Counted from the first letter of the stretch, positions 38,701-51,518 are shown. The stretch is 64,000 nucleotides of DNA from Eledone cirrhosa (GCA_964016885.1 OZ024742.1:367846001-367910000), one strand, 5' to 3'. Made by a program: numbers and translations. The notes: a model not told the origin generated them from the sequence alone.

Positions 38701-41209
38701 TAATGGAAGTTTTAACGGAAGTAGTGTCTCGGCAGCTAACAACTGATGCAGGTAGTTTTTTCCATGGAGGTTTTAAAGGATGCAGTGTCTCGACAGCTAA
38801 CAACTGATGCAGGTAGTTTGTTCCATGGAGGGTTTAAAGGATGCTGTGTCTCTGCAGATAAAAACTGATGCAGGTAGTTTGTTCCATGGAGGCTTTAAAG
38901 GATGCAGTGTCTCGACAGCTAACTACTGATGCAGGTAGTTTGTTCCATGGAGGTTTTAAAGGATGCTGTGTCTCTGCAGATAAAAACTGATGCAGGTAGT
39001 TTGTTCCATGGAGGCTTTAAAGGATGCAGTGTCTCGACAGCTAACAACTGATGCAGGTAGTTTGTTCCATGGAGGTTTTAAAGGATGTAGTGTCTCGGCA
39101 GCTAATAACTAATGCAGGTAGTTTGTTTCATGGAGGTTTTAAAGGATGTAGTGTCTCGGCAGCTACCAACTGATGTAGTTAGTTTGTTCCATGGAGGTTT
39201 TAAAGAATGTAGTGTCTCGGCAGCTAACAACTGATGCAGGTAGTTTGTTCCATGGAGGTTTTAAAGGATGCAGTGTATCGGTAGCTAAGAACTGATGCAA
39301 ATAGTTTGTTCCATGGAGGTTTTAAAGGATGCAATATATCGCAACTAACAACTGATGAAGTTAATCTGTTCCGTAGAGGTTTTAAAGGATGCAGTCTCTC
39401 GACAGCTAACAACTGATGCAGGTAGTTTGTTCCATGGAGGGTTTAAAGGATGCTGCGTCTCGGTAGCTAACAACTGATGCAGGTAGTTTGTTCCATGGAG
39501 GCATTAAAGGATGCAGTGTCTCGACAGCTAACAACTGATGCAGGTAGTTTGTTCCATCGAGGTGTTAAAGGATGTAGTGTCTCGGCAGCTAACAACTGAT
39601 GCAGGTAGTTTGTTCCATGGAGGTTTTAAAGGATGTAGTGTCTCGGCAGCTAACAAATGATGCAGGTAGTATGTTCCATGGAGGTTTGTAAAGGATGTAG
39701 TGTCTCGGCAGCTAACAACTGATGCAGGTAGTTTGTTTAATGGAAGTTTTAACGGAAGTAGTGTCTCGGCAGCTAACAACTGATGCAGGTAGTTTTTTCC
39801 ATGGAGGTTTTAAAGGATGCAGTGTCTCGACAGCTAACAACTGATGCAGCTAGTTTGTTCCATGGAGGGTTTAAAGGATGCTGTGTCACGGCAGCTAACA
39901 ACTGATGCAGGTAGTTTGTTTCATGGAGGTTTGTAAAGGATGTAGTGTCTCGGCAGCTATCAACTGATGCAGGTAGTTTGTTCCATGGAGATTTTAAAGA
40001 ATGTAGTGTCTCGGCAGCCAACAACTGATGCAGATAGTTTGTTCCATCGAGGTTTTAAAGGATGCAGTGTCTTGGCAGGTAACAACTGATGCAGGTAGTT
40101 TGTTCCATGTAGGTTTTAAAGGGTGCAGTGTCACGACAGCTAACAACTGATGCAGGTAGTTTGTTTCATGGAGGTTTGTAAAGGATGTAACGTCTAGGCA
40201 GCTAACACCTGATGCAGCTAGTTCCTTCCATGGAGGTTTTAAAGGATGCTGTGTCTCGACAGCTAACAACTGGTACAGGTAGTTTGTTCCATGGAGGTTT
40301 TAAAGTATGCTGTGTCTCTGCAGATAACAACTGATGCAGGTAGTTTGTTCCATGGAGGATTTAAAGTGTGCAGTGTCTCGACAGCTTACAACTGATGGAG
40401 GTAGTTTGTTCCATGGAGGTGTAAAAGAATGAAGTGTTTCGACAGCTAACAACTGATGCAGCTAGTTTGTTCCATGGAGGTTTTAAAGGATGCTGTGTCT
40501 CGACGGCTAGTGTCTCGACAGCTAACAACTGATGCAGGTATTTTGTTCCATGGAGGCTTTAATGGATGCAGTGTCTCGGCAGCTAACAACTGATGCAGGT
40601 AGTTTGTTCCATGGAGGTTTTAAGGGATGTAGTGTCTCGGCAGCTAAGACCTGATGCAGGTAGTTTGTTCCATGGAGGTTTTAAAGGATGCAGTGTATCG
40701 GCAGCTAACAACTGATGCAGGTAGTTTGTTCTATCGAGGTGTTAAAGGATGCTGTATCTCGACACCTAACAACTGATGCATGTAGTTTGTTCCATGGAGG
40801 TTTTAAAGGATGTAATATATCGCAACTAACAACTGATGAAGTTAATCTGTTCCGTAGAGGTTTTAAAGGATGCAGTCTCTCGACAGCTAACAACTGATGC
40901 AGGTAGTTTGTTCCATGGAGGGTTTAAAGGATGCTGTGTCTCGGTAGCTAACAACTGATGCAGGTAGTTTGTTCCATGGAGGTTTTAAAGGGTGCAGTGT
41001 CTCGACAGCTAACAACTGATGCAGGTAGTTTGTTCCATGGAGGTTTTAAAGGGTGCAGTGTCTCGACAGCTAACAACTGATGCAGGTAGTTTGTTCCATC
41101 GAGGTGTTAAAGGATGTAATGTCTCGACAGCTAACACCTGATGCAGCTAGTTTCTTCCATGGAGGTTTTAAAGGATGCTGTGTCTCGACAGCTAACATCT
41201 GATGCAGGT
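35717..41209 (-). repeat. Satellite B, inverted block (about 5.5 kb, about 90 monomers)
   Basis: Monomer reads as reverse complement (CTGATGCAGGTAGTTTGTTCCATGGAGGTTTTAAAGG...) between junctions at about 35716 and about 41208. Confidence 0.98.
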
Positions 41210-44200
41210 GTCGAGATACAGCATCCTTTAACACCTCGATAGAACAAACTACCTGCATCAGTTGTTAGCTGCCGATACACTGCATCCTTTAAAACCTCCA
41301 TGGAACAAACTACCTGCATCAGGTCTTAGCTGCCGAGACACTACATCCTTTAAAGCCTCCATGGAACAAACTACCTTCATCAGTTGTTAGCTGTCGAGAC
41401 ACTAGCCGTCGAGACACAGCATCCTTTAAAACCTCCATGGAACAAACTAGCTGCATCAGTTGTTAGCTGTCGAAACACTTCATTCTTTAACACCTCAATG
41501 GAACAAACTACCTGCATCAGTTGTTATCTGCAGAGACACAGCATCCTTTAAAACCTCCATGGAACAAACTACCTGTACCAGTTGTCAGCTGTCGAGACAC
41601 AGCATCCTTTAAAACCTCCATGGAAGGAACTAGCTGCATCAGGTGTTAGCTGCCGAGACGCTACATCCTTTACAAACCTCCATGAAACAAACTACCTGCA
41701 TCAGTTGTTAGCTGTCGAGACACTGCACCCTTTAAAACCTCCATGGAACAAACTACCTGCATCAGTTGTTACCTGCCGAGACACTACATTCTTTAAAATC
41801 TCCATGGAACAAACTACCTGCATCAGTTGTTAGCTGCCGAGACACTACATCCTTTAAAACCTCCATGAAACAAACTACCTTCATCAGTTGTTAGCTGCCG
41901 AGTCACTACATCCTTAACAAACCTCCATGAAACAAACTACCTGCATCAGTTGTTAGCTGCCGTGACACAGCATCCTTTAAACCCTCCATGGAACAAACTA
42001 CCTGCATCAGTTGTTAGCTGTCGAGACACTGCATCCTTTAAAACCTCCATGGAACAAACTACCTGCATCAGTTGTTAGCTGCCGAGACACAGCATCCTTT
42101 AAAACCTCCATGATACAAACTACCCCCATCAGTTGTTAGCTGCCGAGACACAGCATCCTTTAAACCCCCCATGGAACAAACTAACTGCATCAGTTATTAG
42201 CTGTCGAGACACCACATCCTTTAACACCTCCATGGAACCAACTACCTTCATCAGTTGTTAGCTGCCGAGACACTACATCCTTTAAAACCTCCATGGAACA
42301 AACTACCTGCATCAGTTGTTAGCTGCCGAGACACTACATCCTTTAAAACCTCCATGAAACAAACTACCTGCATCAGTTGTTAGCTGCCGTGACACAGCAT
42401 CCTTTAAAGCCTCCATGGAACAAACTACCTGCATCAGTTGTTAGCTGTCGAGACACTAGCCGTCGAGACACAGCATCCTTTAAAACCTCCATGGAACAAA
42501 CTACCTGCATCAGTTGTTAGCTGTCGAGACACTGCATCCTTTAAAACCTCCATGGAAAAAACTACCTGCATCAGTTGTTAGCTGCCGAGACACTACTTCC
42601 GTTAAAACTTCCATTAAACAAACTACCTGCATCAGTTGTTAGCTGCCGAGACACTACATCCTTTAAAACCTCCATGAAACAAACTACCTGCATCAATTGT
42701 AAGCTGTCGAGAAACTGCACACTTTAAAACCTCCATGGAACAAACTACCTGCATCAGTTGTTAGCTGTCGATACACTGCATCCTTTAAAGCCTCCATGGA
42801 ACAAACTACCTGCATCAGTTGTTAGCTGTCGAGACACTGCATCCTTTAAAGCCCCCATGGAACAAACTACCTGCATCAGTTTTTATCTGCAGAGACACAG
42901 CATCCTTTAAAACCTCCATGGAAGAAACTAGCTGCATCAGGTGTTAGCTGTCGAGACACTACTTCCTTTAACACCTCGATGGAACAAACTACCTGCATCA
43001 GTTGTTAGCTGTCGAGACACTGCATCCTTTAATGCCTCCATGGAACAAACTACCTGCATCAGTTGTTAGCTACCGAGACGCAGCATCCTTTAAACCCTCC
43101 ATGGAACAAACTACCTGCATCAGTTGTTAGCTGCAGAGACACAGCATCCTTTAAAACCTCCATGGAACAAACTACCTGCATCAGTTGTTAGCTGTCGAGA
43201 CACTCCACCCTTTAAAACCTCCATGGAACAAACTACCTGCATCAGTTGTTTTATGTCCAGATACAGCTTCCTTTAAAACCTCCATGGAAAAAACTCCATG
43301 CAACAGTTGTTAGCTGTCGAGAGACTGCATCCTTTAACACCTCTACGGAACAGATTAACTTCATCAGTTGTTAGTTGCGATATATTGCATCCTTTAAAAC
43401 CTCCATGGAACAAACTACCTGCATCAGTTCTTAGCTACCGATACTCTGCATCCTTTAAAACCTCCATGGAACAAACTAACTGCATCAGTTGTTAGCTGCC
43501 AAGACACTACATCCTTTAAAACCTCCATGAAACAAACTACCTGCATCAGTTGTTAGCTGTCGAGACACTACATCCTTTAAAACCTCCATGAAACAAACTA
43601 CCTGCATCAGTTGTTAGCTGCCGAGACACTACATTCTTTAAAACCTCCATGGAACAAACTAACTGCATCAGTTGTTAGCTGCCAAGACACTACATCCTTT
43701 AAAACCTCCATGAAACAAACTACCTGCATCAGTTATTAGCTGCCGAGACACTACATCCTTTAAAACCTCCATGGAACAAACTACCTGCATCAGCTGTTAG
43801 CTTCGAGACACTGCATCCTTTAAAGCCTCCATGAAACAAACTACCTGCATCAGTTGTTAGCTGCCGAGACACAGCATCCTTTAAACCCTCCATGGAACAA
43901 ACTACCTGCATCAGTTATTAGCTTCCGAGACTATACATCCTTTAAAACATGCATGGAACAAACTACCTGCATCAGTTGTTAGCTGTCGAGACACAGCACC
44001 CTTTAAAACCTCCATGGAACAAACTAGCTGCATCAGTTGTTAGCTATTGAGAAACTACATCCTTTAACACATCGATGGATCAGACTACCTGCATCAGTTG
44101 TTAGCTACCGATACACTACATCCTTTAAAACCTCCATGGAACAAACTACCTGCATCAGGTCTTAGCTGCCGAGACACTACATCCTTTAACACCTCGATGG

Positions 44201-47200
44201 AACAAACTACCTGCATCAGTTGTTAGCTGCCGTGACACTACATCCTTTTAAACCTCCATGAAACAAACTACCTGCATCAGTTGTTAGCTGCCGAGACACT
44301 ACATCCTTTACAAACCTCCATGGAACAAACTACCTGCATCAGTTGTTAGGTGTCGAGATACAGCATCCTTTAACACCTCGATAGAACAAACTACCTGCCT
44401 CAGTTGTTAGCTGCCGATACACTGCATCCTTTAAAACCTCCATGGAACAAACTACCTGCATCAGGTCTTAGCTGCCGAGACACTACATCCCTTAAAACCT
44501 CCATGGAACAAACTACCTGCATCAGTTGTTAGCTGCCGAGACACTGCATCCTTTAAAGCCTCCATGGAACAAACTACCTTCATCAGTTGTTAGCTGTCGA
44601 GACACTAGCCGTCGAGACACAGCATCCTTTAAAACCTCCATGGAACAAACTAGCTGCATCAGTTGTTAGCTGTCGAAACACTTCATTCTTTAACACCTCC
44701 ATGGAACAAACTACCTGCATCAGTTGTTATCTGCAGAGACACAGCATCCTTTAAAACCTCCATGGAACAAACTACCTGTACCAGTTGTCAGCTGTCGAGA
44801 CACAGCATCCTTTAAAACCTCCATGGAAGGAACTAGCTGCATCAGGTGTTAGCTGCCGAGACGCTACATCCTTTACAAACCTCCATGAAACAAACTACCT
44901 GCATCAGTTGTTAGCTGTCGAGACACTGCACCCTTTAAAACCTCCATGGAACAAACTACCTGCATCAGTTGTTACCTGCCGAGACACTACATTCTTTAAA
45001 ATCTCCATGGAACAAACTACCTGCATCAGTTGTTAGCTGCCGAGACACTACATCCTTTAAAACCTCCATGAAACAAACTACCTTCATCAGTTGTTAGCTG
45101 CCGAGACACTACATCCTTTACAAACCTCCATGAAACAAACTACCTGCATCAGTTGTTAGCTGCCGTGACACAGCATCCTTTAAACCCTCCATGGAACAAA
45201 CTACCTGCATCAGTTGTTAGCTGTCGAGACACTGCATCCTTTAAAACCTCCATGGAACAAACTACCTGCATAAGTTGTTAGCTGCCGAGACACAGCATCC
45301 TTTAAAACCTCCATGGAACAAACTACCTTCATCAGTTGTTAGCTGCCGAGACACAGCATCCTTTAAACCCTCCATGGAACAAACTAACTGCATCAGTTAT
45401 TAGCTGCCGAGACACTACATCCTTTAAAACCTCCGTGGAACCAACTACCTTCATCAGTTGTTAGCCGTCGAGACACTGCATCCTTTAAAACCTCCATGGA
45501 ACAAACTACCTTCATCGGTTGTTAACTGTCGAGACACTGCATCCTGTAAACCTCCATGGAACAAACTACCTGCATCAGTTGTTAGCTGTCGAGACACTGC
45601 ACCCTTTAAAACCTCCATGGAACAAACTACCTGCACCAGTTGTTAGATGTCCATATACTACATCCTTTAAAACCTCCATGGAACAAACTACTTACATCAG
45701 TTGTTACCTACCAAGATACTGCATCCTTTACAACCTCCATGGAACAAACTACCTGCATCAGTTGTTAGTTGTCGAGACACTGCATCCGTTAAAACCGCCA
45801 TGGAACAAACTACCTGCATCAGTTGTTAGTTGTCGACACTGCATCCTTTAAAACCTCCATGAAACAAACTACATGCATCAGTTGTTAGCTGCCGAGACAA
45901 AGCATCCTTTAAAACCTCGTTGAAACAAAATACCTGCATTAGTTGTTAGCTGCCGAGACACAACATCCTTTAAACCTTCCATGGAACAAACTACCTGCAT
46001 CAGTTATTAGCTGCCGAGACACTACATCCTTTAGAACTTCCATGAAATAAACTACCTGAATCAGTTGTTAGCTGTCGAGACACAGCATCCTTTAAAACCT
46101 CTATGGAACAAACTAGCTGCATCAGTTGTTAGCTGTCGAGACATTATATCCTTTAACACCTCCATGGAACAAACTACCTGCATCAGTTGTTAGCTGTCGA
46201 GACACTGCATCCCTTAAAACCTCCATGGAACAAACTACCTTCATCAGTTGTTAGCTGCCGAGACACTACATCCTTTACAAACCTCCATGAAACAAACTAC
46301 CTGCATCAGTTGTTAGCTGCCGTGACACAGCATCCTTTAAACCCTCCATGGAACAAACTACCTGCATCAGTTGTTAGCTGCCGAGACAGCACATCCTTTA
46401 ACACCTCCATGGAACAAACTACCCCCATCAGTTGTTAGTTGTCGAGACACAGCATCCTTTAAAACCTCCATGGAACAAACTACCTGCATCAGTTGTTAGC
46501 TGCCGAGACAGCACATCCTTTAACACCACCATGGAACAAACTACCTGCATCAGTTGTTAGTTGTCGAGACACTGCATCCTTTAAACCCTCCATGGAACAA
46601 ACTACCTGCATCAGTTGTTAGCTGTCGAGACACTACATCCTTTAAAACATCCATGGAACAAACTACCTGCATCAGTTGTTAGCTGTCGAGACACTGCATC
46701 CTTTAAAACCTCCATGGAACAAACTACCTGCATCAGTAGTTAGCTGTCGAGACAGCACATCCTTTAAAACCTCCATGGAACCAACTACCTTCATCAGTTG
46801 TTAGCTGCCGAGACACAGCATCCTTTAAAACCTCCATGGAACAAACTACCTGCATCAGTTGTTAGCTGCCGAGACACTGCATCCTTTAAAGCCTCCGTGG
46901 AACCAACTACCCTCATCAGTTGTTAGCTGTCGAGACACCACATCCTTTAACACCTCCATGGAACATACTACCTGCATCAGTTTTTAGCCGTCGAGACACT
47001 GCCTCCTTTAAAACCTCCATGTAACAAACTACCTGCATCAGTTGTTATCTGTCGAGACACAGCATCTTTTAAAACCTCCATGGAACAAACTACCTGCATC
47101 AGTTGTTAGCCGCCGAGACACTGCATCCTTTAAAGCCTCCATGGAACAAATTACCTGCATCAGTTGTTAGCTGCCGATACACTGCATCCTTTAAAACCTC

Positions 47201-50200
47201 CATGGAACAAACTACCTGCATCAGGTCTTAGCTGCCGAGACACTACATCCTTTAAAGCCTCCATGGAACAAACTACCTTCATCAGTTGTTAGCTGTCGAG
47301 ACACTAGCCGTCGAGACACAGCATCCTTTAAAACCTCCATGGAACAAACTAGCTGCATCAGTTGTTAGCTGTCGAAACACTTCATTCTTTAACACCTCAA
47401 TGGAACAAACTACCTGCATCAGTTGTTATCTGCAGAGACACAGCATCCTTTAAAACCTCCATGGAACAAACTACCTGTACCAGTTGTCAGCTGTCAAGAC
47501 ACAGCATCCTTTAAAACCTCCATGGAAGGAACTAGCTGCATCAGGTGTTAGCTGCCGAGACGCTACATCCTTTACAAACCTCCATGAAACAAACTACCTG
47601 CATCAGTTGTTAGCTGTCGAGACACTGCACCCTTTAAAACCTCCATGGAACAAACTACCTGCATCAGTTGTTACCTGCCGAGACACTACATTCTTTAAAA
47701 TCTCCATGGAACAAACTACCTGCATCAGTTGTTAGCTGCCGAGACACTACATCCTTTAAAACCTCCATGAAACAAACTACCTTCATCAGTTGTTAGCTGC
47801 CGAGACACTACATCCTTTACAAACCTCCATGAAACAAACTACCTGCATCAGTTGTTAGCTGCCGTGACACAGCATCCTTTAAACCCTCCATGGAACAAAC
47901 TACCTGCATCAGTTGTTAGCTGTCGAGACACTGCATCCTTTAAAACCTCCATGGAACAAACTACCTGCATAAGTTGTTAGCTGCCGAGACACAGCATCCT
48001 TTAAAACCTCCATGGAACAAACTACCTTCATCAGTTGTTAGCTGCCGAGACACAGCATCCTTTAAACCCTCCATGGAACAAACTAACTGCATCAGTTATT
48101 AGCTGCCGAGACACTACATCCTTTAAAACCTCCTTGGAACCAACTACCTTCATCAGTTGTTAGCCGTCGAGACACAGCATCCTTTAAAACCTCCATGGAA
48201 CAAACTAGCTGCATCAGTTGTTAGCTGCCGAGACACTACATCCTTTAAAACCTCCGTGGAACCAACTACCTTCATCAGTTGTTAGCCGTCGAGACACTGC
48301 ATCCTTTAAAACCTCCATGGAACAAACTACCTTCATCGGTTGTTAACTGTCGAGACACTGCATCCTGTAAACCTCCATGGAACAAACTACCTGCATCAGT
48401 TGTTAGCTGTCGAGACACTGCACCCTTTAAAACCTCCATGGAACAAACTACCTGCACCAGTTGTTAGATGTCCAGATACTACATCCTTTAAAACCTCCAT
48501 GGAACAAACTACTTACATCAGTTGTTACCTACCAAGATACTGCATCCTTTACAACCTCCATGGAACAAACTACCTGCATCAGTTGTTAGTTGTCGAGACA
48601 CTGCATCCGTTAAAACCGCCATGGAACAAACTACCTGCATCAGTTGTTAGTTGTCGAGACACTGCATCCTTTAAAACCTCCATGAAACAAACTACATGCA
48701 TCAGTTGTTAGCTGCCGAGACAAAGCATCCTTTAAAACCTCGATGAAACAAAATACCTGCATTAGTTGTTAGCTGCCGAGACACAGCATCCTTTAAACCT
48801 TCCATGGAACAAACTACCTGCATCAGTTATTAGCTGCCGAGACACTACATCCTTTAAAACTTCCATGAAATAAACTACCTGAATCAGTTGTTAGCTGTCG
48901 AGACACAGCATCCTTTAAAACCTCTATGGAACAAACTAGCTGCATCAGTTGTTAGCTGTCGAGACATTATATCCTTTAACACCTCCATGGAACAAACTAC
49001 CTGCATCAGTTGTTAGCTGTCGAGACACTGCATCCCTTAAAACCTCCATGGAACAAACTACCTTCATCAGTTGTTAGCTGCCGAGACACTACATCCTTTA
49101 CAAACCTCCATGAAACAAACTACCTGCATCAGTTGTTAGCTGCCGTGACACAGCATCCTTTAAACCCTCCATGGAACAAACTACCTGCATCAGTTGTTAG
49201 CTGCCGAGACAGCACATCCTTTAACACCTCCATGGAACAAACTACCCCCATCAGTTGTTAGTTGTCGAGACACAGCATCCTTTAAAACCTCCATGGAACA
49301 AACTACCTGCATCAGTTGTTAGCTGCCGAGACAGCACATCCTTTAACACCTCCATGGAACAAACTACCTGCATCAGTTGTTAGTTGTCGAGACACTGCAT
49401 CCTTTAAACCCTCCATGGAACAAACTACCTGCATCAGTTGTTAGCTGTCGAGACACTACATCCTTTAAAACATCCATGGAACAAACTACCTGCATCAGTT
49501 GTTAGCTGTCGAGACACTGCATCCTTTAAAACCTCCATGGAACAAACTACCTGCATCAGTAGTTAGCTGTCGAGACAGCACATCCTTTAAAACCTCCATG
49601 GAACCAACTACCTTCATCAGTTGTTAGCTGCCGAGACACAGCATCCTTTAAAACCTCCATGGAACAAACTACCTGCATCAGTTGTTAGCTGCCGAGACAC
49701 TGCATCCTTTAAAGCCTCCGTGGAACCAACTACCCTCATCAGTTGTTAGCTGTCGAGACACCACATCCTTTAACACCTCCATGGAACAAACTACCTGCAT
49801 CAGTTTTTAGCCGTCGAGACACTGCCTCCTTTAAAACCTCCATGTAACAAACTACCTGCATCAGTTGTTATCTGTCGAGACACAGCATCTTTTAAAACCT
49901 CCATGGAACAATCTACCTGCATCAGTTGTTAGCCGTCGAGACACTGCATCCTTTAAAGCCTCCATGGAACAAACTACCTGCATCAGTTGTTAGCTGTCGA
50001 GACACTGCATCCTTTAAAACCTCCATGGAACAAACTACCTGCATCAGTTGTTAGCTGTCGAGACAGCATTCTTTAAAACCTCCATGGAACAAACTACCTG
50101 CATCAGTTGTTACCTGTTTAGACACTGCATCCTTTAAAACCTCCATGGAACAAACGACCTCCATCAGTTGTTACCCATCGAGACACTGCATCCTTTAAAA

Positions 50201-50249
50201 CCTCCATGGAACAAACTACCTCTATCAGTTGTTAGCTGTCGAGACACTG
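41206..50249 (+). repeat. Satellite B, second forward block with about 2.8-kb higher-order duplication
   Basis: Forward monomers resume at AGGTGTCGAGATACAGC. Identical variant strings are offset by 2821-2823 nt (ORFs 45458/48279, 46187/49010). The array ends at GAGACACTG 50249. Confidence 0.98.
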
Positions 50250-50261
50250 TACACAATAATT

Positions 50262-50298
<37 letters not shown>

Positions 50299-50300
50299 AA

Positions 50301-50483
50301 GGGTGGTGGATTGGCAGTATCGGTAGAGTCGGATGCCATGCCTTGAAGCATAGAGTTACGTCCGTTTATTATCTGAGTTTAAATCCCGCAGAGGTTATCT
50401 TTGCCTTTAATCCTTACGATAATATAAAGTTGCAGTAATGTACTGGGGTAATTTGTGTCCTTGTGTCAAAAGTAGAAACTATT
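50301..50483 (+). mobile_element. tRNA-derived SINE copy after (ATT)n
   Basis: TTGGCAGTATCGGTAG...GAGTTTAAATCCCGCAGAGG...CCTTGTGTCAAAAGTAGAAACTATT, homologous to 8628-8800. Confidence 0.88.
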
Positions 50484-50682
50484 AGGTTCTAGAATATATA
50501 GGAACAGTGAGAGTACCTCGAGGTGGCCGGCTGGAACACGTAACAGAGTAAAAGATCGTATATATATATACATATATATATATGGTGTGTATTATATATA
50601 TATATATATATTATAAAGAGTCGGGACCCGACAGCTGAGCTCTTGCCGTTTCAACAGCTAGTTCCTGACTATATATATATAA

Positions 50683-50744
<62 letters not shown>

Positions 50745-50754
<10 letters not shown>

Positions 50755-50861
50755 AGATCAAAAGATGGTTAAATGAGTTCCATGTATTTTATTATGCGCA
50801 TTTTAAAAACATAATAAAATACATGGAACTCATTTAACCATCTTTTGATCTTATATATTAT
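50745..50861. repeat. Perfect inverted repeat, 52-bp arms, 13-nt loop, in (TA)n
   Basis: 50745-50796 is the reverse complement of 50810-50861. Confidence 0.95.
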
Positions 50862-50952
50862 GTATACTCCAGTCCTACACAGTGTAGAGTGCTTCTTATC
50901 CGATATCTGCATTGCTTTATTGTACTACAATAAAACTCACCTCCTACATATA

Positions 50953-51025
<73 letters not shown>

Positions 51026-51126
51026 TCAGGTTATCAATAATGTAGTGATAATATATCGTTACGTTATAGATGAACAGCGTACGTGCAGGTTTGCTCAACG
51101 AGTATAAATTATATTCCGGAGAAATG

Positions 51127-51486
51127 TAGAAAGGATGAATATAAAATGAAAGTGCTTTTGTTAAAAAAGGAATTTATTAGGTATTGACATATGTTTCTGT
51201 AACAGACCGAATACCTATGTATCGCTGCTTGCGTAATCATATAATGTTAGCAAGTATTCGATAGCAAATGTATAATCAGTTGTCACTTCTTCAGAGATTT
51301 TGGATAAAACTTTATCCAAAATCTCTGAAGAAGTGACAACTGATTATACATTTGCTATCGAATACTTGCTAACATTATATGATTACGCAAGCAGCGATAC
51401 ATAGGTATTCGGTCTGTTACAGAAACATATGTCAATACCTAATAAATTCCTTTTTTAACAAAAGCACTTTCATTTTATATTCATCC

Positions 51487-51492
<6 letters not shown>
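51127..51492. repeat. Palindrome with 182-bp arms and 2-nt loop; probable Penelope-like element inverted terminus
   Basis: 51127-51308 is the reverse complement of 51311-51492. Each arm carries CTGAAGA...GAAACATATGTC followed by AATAAA. Confidence 0.9.

Positions 51493-51518
<26 letters not shown>

Noticed and set aside
35723-41209. Hammerhead ribozyme in satellite B (CTGATGCAGG/CTGATGAAG on the reverse monomer)
   Set aside because: The consensus is CTGATGC, and no stem II-GAAA-stem III follows even in the CTGATGA variants.
14258-50249. Dozens of 60-120 aa ORFs (LHPLKPPWNKLPASVVSCRDT...) as a repeat-protein gene
   Set aside because: 61 is not a multiple of 3, so reading cycles through the frames and hits TAG about every third monomer. 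Longer ORFs occur only at indel variants.
1-50249. CRISPR array
   Set aside because: Monomers are contiguous with no unique spacers, there are no cas genes, and the context is eukaryotic.
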